Both the position numbers and the translations under genes were made by a program. Shown in pieces: positions 47,333 to 57,419 of a stretch of DNA of 64,000 nt (its first letter is position 1; each line of letters begins with the position of its first letter). Location of the stretch: NCBI GenBank assembly GCA_001784805.1, contig MFSE01000021.1, positions 4,241 to 68,240 on the forward strand, in the 5' to 3' direction. Origin of the DNA: Candidatus Moranbacteria bacterium RIFOXYA12_FULL_35_19 (GTDB lineage: Bacteria > Patescibacteriota > Minisyncoccia > Moranbacterales > UBA2206). The notes below the pieces were generated by a model. The model saw only the letters and a program-made list of their open reading frames with translations. It made no database searches and was not told the DNA's origin.

Positions 47333-47623
47333 GTGATGGATAAGGAACATTTAAGAATATTAGAAGAAGCTCACCGGACGGGAGGTGCTGTTAATATTAT
47401 TTTTAAAAAGAGTAATATTATACCCGATTCTGTTGGAGTGATTACGGAGATACTTGATCTGTATAATAATGATGAGCCGTGGATAGAATTGTTTAATGGA
47501 GAAGAAGGATTGAGATATAACTGTCGATCTATCGAAAAAGTCGAAGCTAAATCTATAAAAGATTTGCTTCGTATGTTCAAAGAAAAGATAGCGAAGGTAA
47601 AAAGATTTTTAGATAATGTTTGA
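47333..47623 (+). CDS. hypothetical protein
   Basis: 96-aa ORF with AAGGAGG upstream, opposite strand to its neighbours. Confidence 0.5.
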   Translation: MMDKEHLRILEEAHRTGGAVNIIFKKSNIIPDSVGVITEILDLYNNDEPWIELFNGEEGLRYNCRSIEKVEAKSIKDLLRMFKEKIAKVKRFLDNV

Positions 47624-47733
47624 AAAAAAGTCAAACTACTAAAAAAAGTGGGCATGTTCCTTGGAACTGTCCACTTTTAATTTTTATAAAGAAGGTATAT
47701 AGGAAGATTGAAGTGTACCTTTTTTTATTTTTT

Positions 47734-49530
47734 CTACTTAATTTCTGCAATAACCTTTTCAATAAACTTTTCAACTTTCATAACTTCTTGCTTGCCCGCC
47801 ATAGCTTTAGCGTCGGCGGGCTCTTTTTCCTTTCTTGATCGAACAGCGACAGAATTATCGGCTTCTTCTTTTTCTCCCACTACTAGCATGTATGGAATTT
47901 TTTGTTTTTCGGCTTCGCGAATTCTTTTGCCAAGCGATTCTGATTCGTCGCTAATTTCTACACGAATATTATTTTCTAATAATTGCGAATATATTTTTTG
48001 CGCGTAAGAATTAAATTTTTCACTCACTGGTAAAATAGCCACTTGCACTGGAGAGAGCCAAAGCGGAAACGCGCCAGCGAAATGTTCAATGAGAAGAACC
48101 AAAAATCTTTCGTAAGATCCTAAAATTGCACGATGCACCATAACTGGAGGAACTTTTTCACCTTTTTCATTTATATACTCAAGGCCGAATCTTTTTGGAG
48201 TGGCAAAGTCAATTTGGACAGTAGGAATTTGAATTTCTCGTCCAGTCGCATCCTTAAACATAAAATCTAATTTTGGTCCATATAATGCTGCTTCGCCCTC
48301 TCTTTTTTGAGCATCTAATTTTATTTCATCAGAGATTTCTTGAAGCATTTTTTCACAAATGTCCCAGTCTGATGATTCGCCTATATATTTTTCTGGATGA
48401 TCATAGTCTCTAACAGAAAGAGAAACCCAATGATTATCCCATAAACCAATAGAACTATATAAATCCTTAATAATATTTACCATATTTTTAATCTCATTTT
48501 TTACTTGATCAACTCTACAAAAAGAATGACCATCTTCAACTGTGATGGCATAAACCCTAGAGAGTCCACCGACCTCGCCGGTTTTTTCAGCTCGGTACAT
48601 TTTATCTGATTCCATATATCTTATAGGTAAATCTTTGTAGGATCTTGTTTTAGAAGCATAAAGCTGGGTATGATGAGGGCATTGAACTGGTTTTAGGACA
48701 AAATTATGTTTTTTATCTGATGTCACATGAAACAATTCATCGCCAAATTTTTTAGCATGCCCAGAAGTTTCAAAAAGTTCAATCTTTGCTAATGCCGGAG
48801 CCGATACTTTTTCAAATCCATAATGGCGACAAATTTTTTCTACTTCTTTTTTAAGCTCCTCTATTATAGTTGTTCCTTTGGGAGTAAAAAGGGGAAGTCC
48901 TGGACCGACTAAATCAGAAAAACAAAACAGATCTAATTCTTTCCCAAGTTTTCGATGATCTCTTTTTTCCGCTTCTTCGAGCATATGCAAATATTCATCT
49001 AATTCTTTTTTAGTTTCAAAGGCGACGCCATAAATTCGCTGAAGCATTTTGTTTTTTTCATCTCCTCGCCAATAGGCACCGGAAATTTTGGTGAGTTTGA
49101 AGGCGTCAAAAGGAATTTCGCCAGTAGAATCAAGATGTGGGCCAGAGCAGAGGTCGATGAAGTTGCCGGATTTGTAAACAGAAACCATTTTGTCTGCCGA
49201 TGAGGCAGATTTTTTCTCTAAATCCTTAATCAACTCAACCTTATATGGTTGTTTCGCCTTTTTGAAATCTTTCAAAGCTTCTTCGATTGAAATTTCTGCT
49301 TTTTCAAAAGGATGATTGGCTTTGATAATAGCTTTCATTTTTTCTTCCAAAATTTCCAAGTCTTCTGGAATGAGAGTTCGCGGAAGATCAAAATCATAAT
49401 AGAATCCGTTTTCAATCGCTGGTCCAATGGCAAACTTAGCTTCCGGAAACATTTGGAGAACTGCTGATGCTAAAACATGGGAAGTTGAGTGGCGCAAGAT
49501 GTCTAAATTAGTTTGTGATTTTTTTGGCAT
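47734..49530 (-). CDS. thrS: threonine--tRNA ligase (short form without TGS domain)
   Basis: RHSTSH, DLCSGPH, RDHRKLG, KPVQCPHH, YGPKLDF, HRAILGSYERF. Confidence 0.98.
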   Translation of the reverse strand: MPKKSQTNLDILRHSTSHVLASAVLQMFPEAKFAIGPAIENGFYYDFDLPRTLIPEDLEILEEKMKAIIKANHPFEKAEISIEEALKDFKKAKQPYKVELIKDLEKKSASSADKMVSVYKSGNFIDLCSGPHLDSTGEIPFDAFKLTKISGAYWRGDEKNKMLQRIYGVAFETKKELDEYLHMLEEAEKRDHRKLGKELDLFCFSDLVGPGLPLFTPKGTTIIEELKKEVEKICRHYGFEKVSAPALAKIELFETSGHAKKFGDELFHVTSDKKHNFVLKPVQCPHHTQLYASKTRSYKDLPIRYMESDKMYRAEKTGEVGGLSRVYAITVEDGHSFCRVDQVKNEIKNMVNIIKDLYSSIGLWDNHWVSLSVRDYDHPEKYIGESSDWDICEKMLQEISDEIKLDAQKREGEAALYGPKLDFMFKDATGREIQIPTVQIDFATPKRFGLEYINEKGEKVPPVMVHRAILGSYERFLVLLIEHFAGAFPLWLSPVQVAILPVSEKFNSYAQKIYSQLLENNIRVEISDESESLGKRIREAEKQKIPYMLVVGEKEEADNSVAVRSRKEKEPADAKAMAGKQEVMKVEKFIEKVIAEIK

Positions 49531-49619
49531 TTCTTTACGAATTACGAATCTCGTACACCTGCCTGCCGATAGGCAGGAATATACGAAATAAGAATTCTAA
49601 ATTATTTAACTTAAGCTTA

Positions 49620-49906
49620 AAACAACAAAACCCCGTCTCAAAAATTCAAAGTACTACGCATAGTACAGAATTCTTGGGACGGGGCTCTTTTTTTATTTAC
49701 GTAAATAAGTAAGTATTATAATACGTATTAAAATATGTAATTCCCGCGGTTCCACCCAGATTTATTTACCTTGTCATCCTGAACTTGTTTCAGGATCCCG
49801 AGAGAGATGCTGAAATAAATTCAGCATGACAGATAAAGACACTTTTTGACTAAACGCTAGTTCTAGCGGAAGCTCCGCGATTGGTGAGGTCGCATCGACG
49901 CTTCTA
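49620..49906 (-). ncRNA. T-box riboswitch (Thr, ACC specifier) with intrinsic terminator
   Basis: T-box GGGTGGAACCGCGGG (about 49743-49757) can pair with CCCGTCCC; terminator stem plus U-tract at about 49620-49685; short Stem I loop with ACC at 49883-85; promoter TTGACT-17-TAGACT at 49941-49913. Confidence 0.85.
49772..49831. repeat. REP-like double hairpin inside the T-box leader
   Basis: TGTCATCCTGAACTTGTTTCAGGATC...GATGCTGAAATAAATTCAGCATGACA. Confidence 0.7.
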
Positions 49907-50017
49907 AATAAGAGTCTAATATTTTTTACTGTTTTAGTCAAATGGGGCTTTACGCATTTCTTTTTATATGCTAGAATAAAATTTCTAAAATAATAAGCAA
50001 TTTAGGTAAAAATCATT

Positions 50018-51229
50018 ATGAAAACTCCAGAGGAAATTAGAAAACACAAGAGAAATCAGAATATTATTTCCGCATTAATATTAATTTTAGGAACTTTTTT
50101 TGCTTATATTTTTTTTGGTCCGAAAAATCAGGATAAGCAAATAGAAAGTGTTCAGGAAACAGCTTCTTTGGTTAAGGTTATGACCATTTCGCAGGATTCT
50201 TCAAAAAAAGCTAAATTAGAAAAAACAGTTTCTCTAAGCGCTGGTGGAGGACAAGCTCAAGTCATTTCAGAATTTTCCGGAAGAATAAAAGCGGTTAATT
50301 TTGAAGTAGGAGAAAAAGTTAGTGAAGGACAAGTGTTAGCTATTTTTGATCAATCCGAAAGTCAAAATTCTCTAAGGGTTTCTTTGGAATCAGTTGAAAA
50401 AAATTATCAGTTGACTAAGGATAATTTAGAAGAGACTAAGGATTTAGTGGAAAAAAATATCGATCTAGCTAATCGCGCAGTTAAGATAGCTGAAATTGGA
50501 AAAGATCAAGCCAATACGGATGATGAGAAAAATTTAGCTGAACAAAATTTGAAAATTGCTAAAGATCAAAAAAAGCAAGCGGAGGTTTCAGCTGAAATTC
50601 AAATTAATGGAGCAAAAATTCAGTTGGAACAAGTTGCTCAAGCCTTGAAGCAGTCAAAAATTGCTTATGAGAAAACAATTATAAAGTCTCCAATTTCTGG
50701 GGTAATTAATTCAAAGAAAATAAACCCCCAAGATTTTCTAAGTCTAGGGCAAGTCGTAGCTTCAGTTGTGGGAGAAGGAAAGGTTGAAACCGTGCTGTAT
50801 CTAAATCAAGAGGAAATTGATCGGATAAAAATAAATGATAGCGTAGAGATAGTAATTGATGGAAAAAATTATAGTGGAAAAATAGATTCGTATTCGAAGA
50901 TTGCTAATGAGAATAATGGTCGTTTTGAAGTGAAAATAGTTTCTACGGATAATATATCTAGAAACGCTAATCAGACGGCGGAAGTTTTTTTGAATATATA
51001 TTTAGCCAATCAAGCTTCATTTTTTGTGCCGTTGGACTCAGTTAACATCGGGCAAACTAAAAAAGAAGTTTTCGTTGTAAGGGACGGAAAGGCTGTGGCG
51101 AAAAATGTTGAACTGGGGAAAATAATCGGAACGCAAATAGAAATTTTAAGTGGCCTCGAAAACGGAGAGGTTCTAGTAGTTGAAAATAGTCGCAATTTAC
51201 AAGATGGACAATTAGTAAAGTTAAAATAA
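50018..51229 (+). CDS. RND efflux periplasmic adaptor subunit
   Basis: N-terminal TM, lipoyl halves around a coiled coil (SGRIKAV..GEKV; IKSPISG), GLENGE. Confidence 0.9.
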   Translation: MKTPEEIRKHKRNQNIISALILILGTFFAYIFFGPKNQDKQIESVQETASLVKVMTISQDSSKKAKLEKTVSLSAGGGQAQVISEFSGRIKAVNFEVGEKVSEGQVLAIFDQSESQNSLRVSLESVEKNYQLTKDNLEETKDLVEKNIDLANRAVKIAEIGKDQANTDDEKNLAEQNLKIAKDQKKQAEVSAEIQINGAKIQLEQVAQALKQSKIAYEKTIIKSPISGVINSKKINPQDFLSLGQVVASVVGEGKVETVLYLNQEEIDRIKINDSVEIVIDGKNYSGKIDSYSKIANENNGRFEVKIVSTDNISRNANQTAEVFLNIYLANQASFFVPLDSVNIGQTKKEVFVVRDGKAVAKNVELGKIIGTQIEILSGLENGEVLVVENSRNLQDGQLVKLK

Positions 51230-51230
51230 A

Positions 51231-54200
51231 ATGGAAGAAGATATAATGCGAGAAAAAGAAAAACTTGAAAAGGAGGCGAAGGAATTTGAAAATTCTCCTT
51301 GGCTTTTTTTTGTGAGAAAAAGCAAACTAACATACCTTGTGATTATTTTTCTTTTGATATTTGGAATTTCTACTATTAAAAATTTACCAAAAGAACTTAA
51401 TCCAGAAGTTGAAATTCCAATTGTGCTAGTTATTACGGCATACCCGGGAGCCTCTCCAAGTGATGTCGAAGATCAGATTACTGATAAGATAGAAAGTCAG
51501 ATAGGTGATTTGGAAGGGGTAAAAAAAATTACATCAGATTCTTCATTAGGTGTTAGCGCTATCACGGTTGAATTTGAAGCTGGGGAGGATTTGGATGTGT
51601 CTGTGCGAAAACTTAAGGATAAGGTTTCTGAAGTGACTGACTTGCCAGAAGATGTAATAACGCCAATTGTTAAAGAAATTAATTTAAACGATCAGCCAAT
51701 TATAACGGCGGCTATTTCGGGCGCTAATTATGATTTGACTGAACTCAAGACTTTTGCCGAAAATTTGAAAGATAATATAAAAGGAGTTCCTTTTGTTTCA
51801 GATGTCGTAGTGGTGGGAGGAGTTGAAAAACAAATAAGGATTGATATAAATTCCCAAAAACTTTCTGCCTATGGTTTTTCTCTGCAACAGATAATCGCAA
51901 TTATTTCAGCTAATAATTTAGATTTTCCAATTGGAGAAATTGCATTAGAAAATTCAAACTATTCAGTTCGTATGACTGGCCAACTCAAAAATGTTGGGGA
52001 AATTTCCATGCTTCAAATAGGGGAAAAATTAGGCGTGCCAATTTATCTTGAAGATGTGGCAAAGGTGACAGACACTTTTGAAAAAGTAAGTTCAAAATCT
52101 AGAATTTCTACAAACGGAGGAGAGGCGCTGAACGCTGTTTCAATTCAAATTTATAAAAGAACAGGTGGGGACATAATAAAAGTGGCAAGCGAGGCAAGAG
52201 AAAAAATTGAAAATGCTCGCGGAGCAGATTATCCTCAAGATGCGAAGGTGACTATTACATTGGATTTTTCTGAAATGATAAATGAGAGTATCGACACTCT
52301 AAGTAGTAATGGAATTCAAACAGTAATCCTTATTCTGGTTTTACTTTTCTTTTTCCTAGGTTTAAGGGAGGCTCTTATCGCAGGACTTAGCGTGCCATTT
52401 TCTTTTTTTGTGGCGTTTATTACGATGAGCATTTTTGGGGAGAGTTTAAATTTTATCTCACTCTTTTCATTAGTGTTAGCACTGGGGCTCTTAGTTGATT
52501 CAGCCGTAGTGATTGTAGAAGGGATGTATGAAAAAGTTTCTGTTTTTGGTCTTAGCGGATTTCAATCAGCTGTTTTGACAATTAAAGAGTATTCTGCGCC
52601 ACTTCTTTCAGGGATGCTCACAACAATTGGAGCTTTTATCCCACTTCTTTTTGTGATTGGAATTTTCGGTCAATTTATCAAGACTATTCCCGTAGTAGTG
52701 ATATCAACTCTTACGGCCGCTCTTTTCGTTTCTCTCACCATAATCCCAGCTATTGGAGCGGCAGTGATGCAACCTATAAAAAATGGTAACGAAGAAAAAG
52801 GAAGAATAGGCAAATTATTAGCGCGCATAAATTCAGAAATATTCCAAAAAATTTGTCAAAAAATATCTTTTATTTGCAAATCTAAACCAAGAAAAAGAAG
52901 AATGGCCACCCGTGCTTTTGAAAAAATTTCAAATAGCTACTGTGATTTTATTCCAAAAATCATTTCAACAAAAAAACAGAGAGTAAGAGTAATAGCGGGA
53001 GTGTGGATACTTCTTGCGGTTAGTTTTCTTTTGCCGTTGACGGGAGTTTTGAAGATGCAATCTTTTGTTCCGGCTGATACCGAATTCTTTTTTGTAAATT
53101 TAAAGATGCCCAATGGTACGGTTCTAGAAAAAACTGACGAGGTTGTTAGAAAAATTGAAGATATAATTAGGAAAGAACCCCAGGCGGATAATTTTGTGAC
53201 TAATGTTGGTGCGGGACTTGGATCTGCTTCGGGAATTTCTGGTGGGAATAATTCCTCTTCTAGTAACAGAGCTTTTTTGCAAGTTAATTTGACCAAGAAA
53301 GAGAATCGAGATGAAAAGAGTTTTGAAATTTCTAGTCGAGTTAGGAAGGAACTGGAGCGGGAGATAACTGAAGGCGAGATTATAATCGAAGAACAAGAAT
53401 CGGGCCCTCCAACTGGCGCAGCAGTTGAGGCAAGAGTCGAGGGACCTGATTTATTAGTACTTAGCCAAATAGCTTTAGATTTGAAACGGGAGTTAGAAAA
53501 AATTCCCACAGTTATTGATGCTAAGACTTCTATAAACCAAGCTTCTGGTGAATTTGTTTTTATCCCAAACAAGAAAGTTATTGCGGAGAATGGATTGAGC
53601 GTGGCTCAATTAGGTTTAGAAATTAGAAACGGAGTGAATCGAAACACAGATGAAAATATCAAAAAAGAAGGAGAAGAAATTTTTATAAATATTGGGCTAG
53701 AAGAAGACAAACTGAAATCAATTGAAGGCCTCAAGGATATTTCTGTGATAACTCCGAGAGGAAAAAAGATGTTTATCTCAGAATTAGGTCGTATTGAGCT
53801 TCAGCCATCACTGGCTTCTATTGAACATTATGACAAGGAAAGAATTATTTCGATAACAGGCGGAACCGATGGCGGAAATCCAACTGAAATTACCAATATC
53901 TTCAAAGAAAAAATATCGAAGATGGATATACCTGCAGGTTATCGGATTGATTTCGGCGGGGAATCTCAAGAATTGCAAGAAGTTTTTATGGATATGTTTA
54001 CTAAAATGATTATTGGAATAATCCTGATTTTGTTTATTCTCATAATTCAATTTAATTCTTATCGTCAAGTGCTAATCATTCTCTTTACCATCCCTTTGGC
54101 AATGATCGGCGTGATTTGGGGAATGGCACTGGCACGTTTAACTGTTGATATTCCGTCGTTTATCGGGATTGTTTCGCTAGCTGGAATCGTTGTTAACAAT

Positions 54201-54482
54201 GCGATAATTTTGATTGATGAAATTAATCGGGAATTATCAAGAGGAAAATATGTTATTGACGCAGTAATCAATGCTGGCAGAGTGCGACTTCGTCCAGTAT
54301 TTTTGACGACTGTCACAACAGTTTTTGGATTACTTCCACTTTCTATTACCCAACCCGATTGGCGCAATATGGGTTTTACAATTATTTTTGGACTAACCTT
54401 TTCAACTTTTCTGACATTGGTTATTGTCCCAACACTTTACATTAGTTTTTATAAAGGAAAACTAAAGAAAGAAAACATATAA
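51231..54482 (+). CDS. RND efflux permease (AcrB/AcrD/AcrF family)
   Basis: YPGASP, LGLLVDSAVVIVE, GIVVNNAIILID, RLRPVFLT. Confidence 0.95.
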   Translation: MEEDIMREKEKLEKEAKEFENSPWLFFVRKSKLTYLVIIFLLIFGISTIKNLPKELNPEVEIPIVLVITAYPGASPSDVEDQITDKIESQIGDLEGVKKITSDSSLGVSAITVEFEAGEDLDVSVRKLKDKVSEVTDLPEDVITPIVKEINLNDQPIITAAISGANYDLTELKTFAENLKDNIKGVPFVSDVVVVGGVEKQIRIDINSQKLSAYGFSLQQIIAIISANNLDFPIGEIALENSNYSVRMTGQLKNVGEISMLQIGEKLGVPIYLEDVAKVTDTFEKVSSKSRISTNGGEALNAVSIQIYKRTGGDIIKVASEAREKIENARGADYPQDAKVTITLDFSEMINESIDTLSSNGIQTVILILVLLFFFLGLREALIAGLSVPFSFFVAFITMSIFGESLNFISLFSLVLALGLLVDSAVVIVEGMYEKVSVFGLSGFQSAVLTIKEYSAPLLSGMLTTIGAFIPLLFVIGIFGQFIKTIPVVVISTLTAALFVSLTIIPAIGAAVMQPIKNGNEEKGRIGKLLARINSEIFQKICQKISFICKSKPRKRRMATRAFEKISNSYCDFIPKIISTKKQRVRVIAGVWILLAVSFLLPLTGVLKMQSFVPADTEFFFVNLKMPNGTVLEKTDEVVRKIEDIIRKEPQADNFVTNVGAGLGSASGISGGNNSSSSNRAFLQVNLTKKENRDEKSFEISSRVRKELEREITEGEIIIEEQESGPPTGAAVEARVEGPDLLVLSQIALDLKRELEKIPTVIDAKTSINQASGEFVFIPNKKVIAENGLSVAQLGLEIRNGVNRNTDENIKKEGEEIFINIGLEEDKLKSIEGLKDISVITPRGKKMFISELGRIELQPSLASIEHYDKERIISITGGTDGGNPTEITNIFKEKISKMDIPAGYRIDFGGESQELQEVFMDMFTKMIIGIILILFILIIQFNSYRQVLIILFTIPLAMIGVIWGMALARLTVDIPSFIGIVSLAGIVVNNAIILIDEINRELSRGKYVIDAVINAGRVRLRPVFLTTVTTVFGLLPLSITQPDWRNMGFTIIFGLTFSTFLTLVIVPTLYISFYKGKLKKENI

Positions 54483-54525
54483 AATAAAAAACTAGGCGTT
54501 GGCCTAGTTTTTTGATTTTGTATAA

Positions 54526-55593
54526 CTATTGATTCATTTTTTCTAATTCAGTTTTGAATTCAATTTGGTAAATTTCTAAAAGAGAGACAAGTAGGACAAT
54601 AATGACTGGACCAAGAAGAATTCCAATTAGTCCAAAAAGAGCGATTCCGCCGAGGGTGGAGAAGAAAACTAAAAGAGGATGGAGGCTAGTTTCTTTGCCG
54701 ACTAATTTTGGTCGAAGAATATTGTCTATCGTGCTCACAGCCAAGGCGCCAAAAGATAAAATTAGTATCCCTTGCCAGACATTTCCTAAAAAGAGCATGA
54801 TGATTCCCGCGGGAAGCCAAATGAGGGCAGCGCCTAGCATCGGGATGAGTGAAACAATAGTGGTGATCACTCCCCAGATAACAGGAGAGGGTACGCCAGT
54901 TATCCAAAGAACGAAAGACATCAAAATTCCTTGGATGATGGCGATAATCAAAGAGCCTTTGAGAGTGGCTTTAGAAACAGAAATAAAATTATCCAAAAGC
55001 TTACTTTCCTGATTGTTTCGAAGCGGGCTAAGGGACATTATTTTTTTAATGATGGCGTCGCTGTCTTTGAAAAGATAATAAAGCGAAAAGAAAACTACAA
55101 AAGCCATAAAAACAAAATGAGTTACGCTCTGATATGTTTTTCGAAGAGCCGAGAAGATAAAATTGCTGGCATTTTGAACGCCCTGAACTATTTTTCCAGA
55201 ATTATCAGTGCCAATATTTTGCACATCAAGAGTTTTTATATCTATCCCGAGATTTTTCAAAAATTGATTTTGTGAAGCGGAGCTAAGATAGGTTTGCCAA
55301 TCAGACTGTTGGACATTTCGGTAAAGATCAGAAGCTTCTTTGGCAACTAAACTGGCGGTTAAGAAAAAAGGAAGGACTAAAATAAAAAATAAAATAACGC
55401 AAAGTGTCAAAGATGCTAGTGACGGGCGGTTGCCAAATTTTTGATTAATTTTTTCATACCATTTTTTGAAAAGTTGCGAGATGATAAAGGCCAGAAAAAG
55501 AGCGACTAAAAACGGCTTAAAGACCAAATAAGCGCATATTCCAGCCAAAATAATGAGGATTAATAAAAAAGCGGAGTTTAAATTAGTTTTCAT
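54526..55593 (-). CDS. AI-2E family transporter
   Basis: Multi-TM; IDNILRPKLVG, HPLLVFFSTLGG..LFG..G.LLGP. Confidence 0.92.
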   Translation of the reverse strand: MKTNLNSAFLLILIILAGICAYLVFKPFLVALFLAFIISQLFKKWYEKINQKFGNRPSLASLTLCVILFFILVLPFFLTASLVAKEASDLYRNVQQSDWQTYLSSASQNQFLKNLGIDIKTLDVQNIGTDNSGKIVQGVQNASNFIFSALRKTYQSVTHFVFMAFVVFFSLYYLFKDSDAIIKKIMSLSPLRNNQESKLLDNFISVSKATLKGSLIIAIIQGILMSFVLWITGVPSPVIWGVITTIVSLIPMLGAALIWLPAGIIMLFLGNVWQGILILSFGALAVSTIDNILRPKLVGKETSLHPLLVFFSTLGGIALFGLIGILLGPVIIVLLVSLLEIYQIEFKTELEKMNQ

Positions 55594-55771
55594 ATTTTTT
55601 GTAAATTTAGTTTGTTTAATGATTCTATTATACAGCAAATTTAACCTTGCGGAAAGTGCCTATTGCGCACATTTACAAAAAGCCTTATAATACAAGGGTA
55701 AATAGGGGAATAAATAATAATTAATTAAGTTTCATTCTTTTCTCACAAAAAAGAACGAAGCAAAAAAAGCA

Positions 55772-56053
55772 ATGACAAAAATGACAAAGTCACAACTGAT
55801 GTCAGCTTTGGCTGAAAAAACCGGACTTTCCAAAAAGGATGTCATCGGTTTTATGGATACGCTGGTTGAAATGGCGTATTCAGAAGTGAAGAAGAACGGA
55901 GTTTTCGTTCTTCCTGGTTTTGGAAAAATGGTCAAGGTTAACCGAAAAGCTCGAGTGGGAATCAACCCAGCTACAGGAGCAAAAATTAACATTGCTGCAA
56001 AAACTGTAGCAAAGTTCCGATTGGCAAAAGCTGCCAAGGAAGCTGTGATGTAA
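55772..56053 (+). CDS. hup: DNA-binding protein HU
   Basis: MTKSQL, PGFGK, RKARVGINPATG. Confidence 0.93.
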   Translation: MTKMTKSQLMSALAEKTGLSKKDVIGFMDTLVEMAYSEVKKNGVFVLPGFGKMVKVNRKARVGINPATGAKINIAAKTVAKFRLAKAAKEAVM

Positions 56054-56125
56054 TTTTACTTGAAACTGAAAAAGGCCTTGCGAAAGCCTGCCTCATCGGC
56101 AGACAAGCGGGGTCTTTTTTTATGT

Positions 56126-56203
56126 TTTACGAACTACGAAATAAGCGAAATACGAAACAATAAAACTTTCTTTTCGTATTTCGTTAGTTTCGTAGTTCGT
56201 AAA
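56126..56203. repeat. TACGAA-family inverted repeat
   Basis: TTTTACGAACTACGAAATAAGCGAAATACGAAAC...TTCGTAGTTCGTAAA. Confidence 0.85.
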
Positions 56204-56227
56204 TTAAAAATCTGTTATAATTAAAAA

Positions 56228-56779
56228 ATGCAAAAAGAAATTATTTTAAACAACCAAAAAATTCCTTATACTTTTCGCAAAAGCCGACGATCGAGATGTA
56301 TGCGCCTAACAATCAAAACTGACGCGACTTTGGTGGTGAGTGTGCCATGGCTGTTGAGTGGAAAAAAGGCGGAAGATTTTATCATGCAAAAGGCGGATTG
56401 GATTTTGGGGAAGATAAAACATTTTCAAAATAAGGAATCGAGCTTGCCGTCGGCAACGAGAAAAGATTATTTGAAATATAAAAATTTGGCGCGTGAGATT
56501 GTTGAAAAAAAGTTGAAATATTTCAATGAATTTTATGGTTTTTCATATAATCGAGTTTTCATTCGCAATCAAAAGACTCGTTGGGGGAGTTGTTCTAAGG
56601 TGGGCAACCTAAATTTCAGCTACCGGATAATCTATCTTTCCGAAAAACTTTGCAACTATATAATCGTCCACGAACTTTGCCACCTCGGCGAGTTCAATCA
56701 CTCCCAAGATTTTTGGGATCTCGTGGCAAAAACCGTGCCGGAGTATAAGAAGATAAGGAAAGAGATTAAGGGAATGTGA
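56228..56779 (+). CDS. YgjP/DUF45 (SprT-like) metal-dependent hydrolase
   Basis: NQKTRWGSCS, VHELCHL..NHS.DFW. Confidence 0.9.
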   Translation: MQKEIILNNQKIPYTFRKSRRSRCMRLTIKTDATLVVSVPWLLSGKKAEDFIMQKADWILGKIKHFQNKESSLPSATRKDYLKYKNLAREIVEKKLKYFNEFYGFSYNRVFIRNQKTRWGSCSKVGNLNFSYRIIYLSEKLCNYIIVHELCHLGEFNHSQDFWDLVAKTVPEYKKIRKEIKGM

Positions 56780-56855
56780 TTTTTGTTTTAAAAAAAGATA
56801 TGAAAAAAAGAGGCTTTTGACGGTTGTGTCGAAGCCTCTTTTTGCTGTAATGGAT

Positions 56856-57323
56856 TTATGGGAGCTTTTGGTTTCTTGTGAATTCTCGATATGTTTCTTC
56901 CGCGGATATGTGGTGGCATCCACAGAGGCCTTCCTTAGCTTCTTCTAAGGTGTAATTTTCAACAAGACACTTATCGCATATTCCACCTCGCTGAGGCCAT
57001 AGAATATTATGATAAGCGGGACATTTTTTGCATTTTCTCCAACCGTGAATAACCTCTCTCCCTCTTTCAATGAGGTCATCTTCAATTTCTTCCAGAATAG
57101 ATATCTTGGAGATTGTAAGATACAGAAAAATTGCAATGATTACTGTGATAATAGGATTGGAGATGGTTAGTATTGTTTCATAACCGCAATAAAATAGTGT
57201 CACGAAGCAAAAAATAATAGCCATAAATACTAGTGCATAAAGCACTAAAGCAAATATTTTAAGTTTTATTATCAATGTCGCTGTCTCCGATTGATGCCGA
57301 TATTGCAAAGAACTTTGTTTCAT
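56856..57323 (-). CDS. hypothetical membrane protein with Cys-rich C-terminus
   Basis: ATG at 57323 with AGGAGG upstream; 2 TMs; CKKC..CDKC..CGC. Confidence 0.55.
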   Translation of the reverse strand: MKQSSLQYRHQSETATLIIKLKIFALVLYALVFMAIIFCFVTLFYCGYETILTISNPIITVIIAIFLYLTISKISILEEIEDDLIERGREVIHGWRKCKKCPAYHNILWPQRGGICDKCLVENYTLEEAKEGLCGCHHISAEETYREFTRNQKLP

Positions 57324-57419
57324 TTTTCCACCTCCTGGATAAAAAATGATTGTTATTATAAAATCGCCTAATGGCAGTGTGGCATATAAAATTGTTTTTT
57401 TCAAGTGTCTGTCTTTTTT

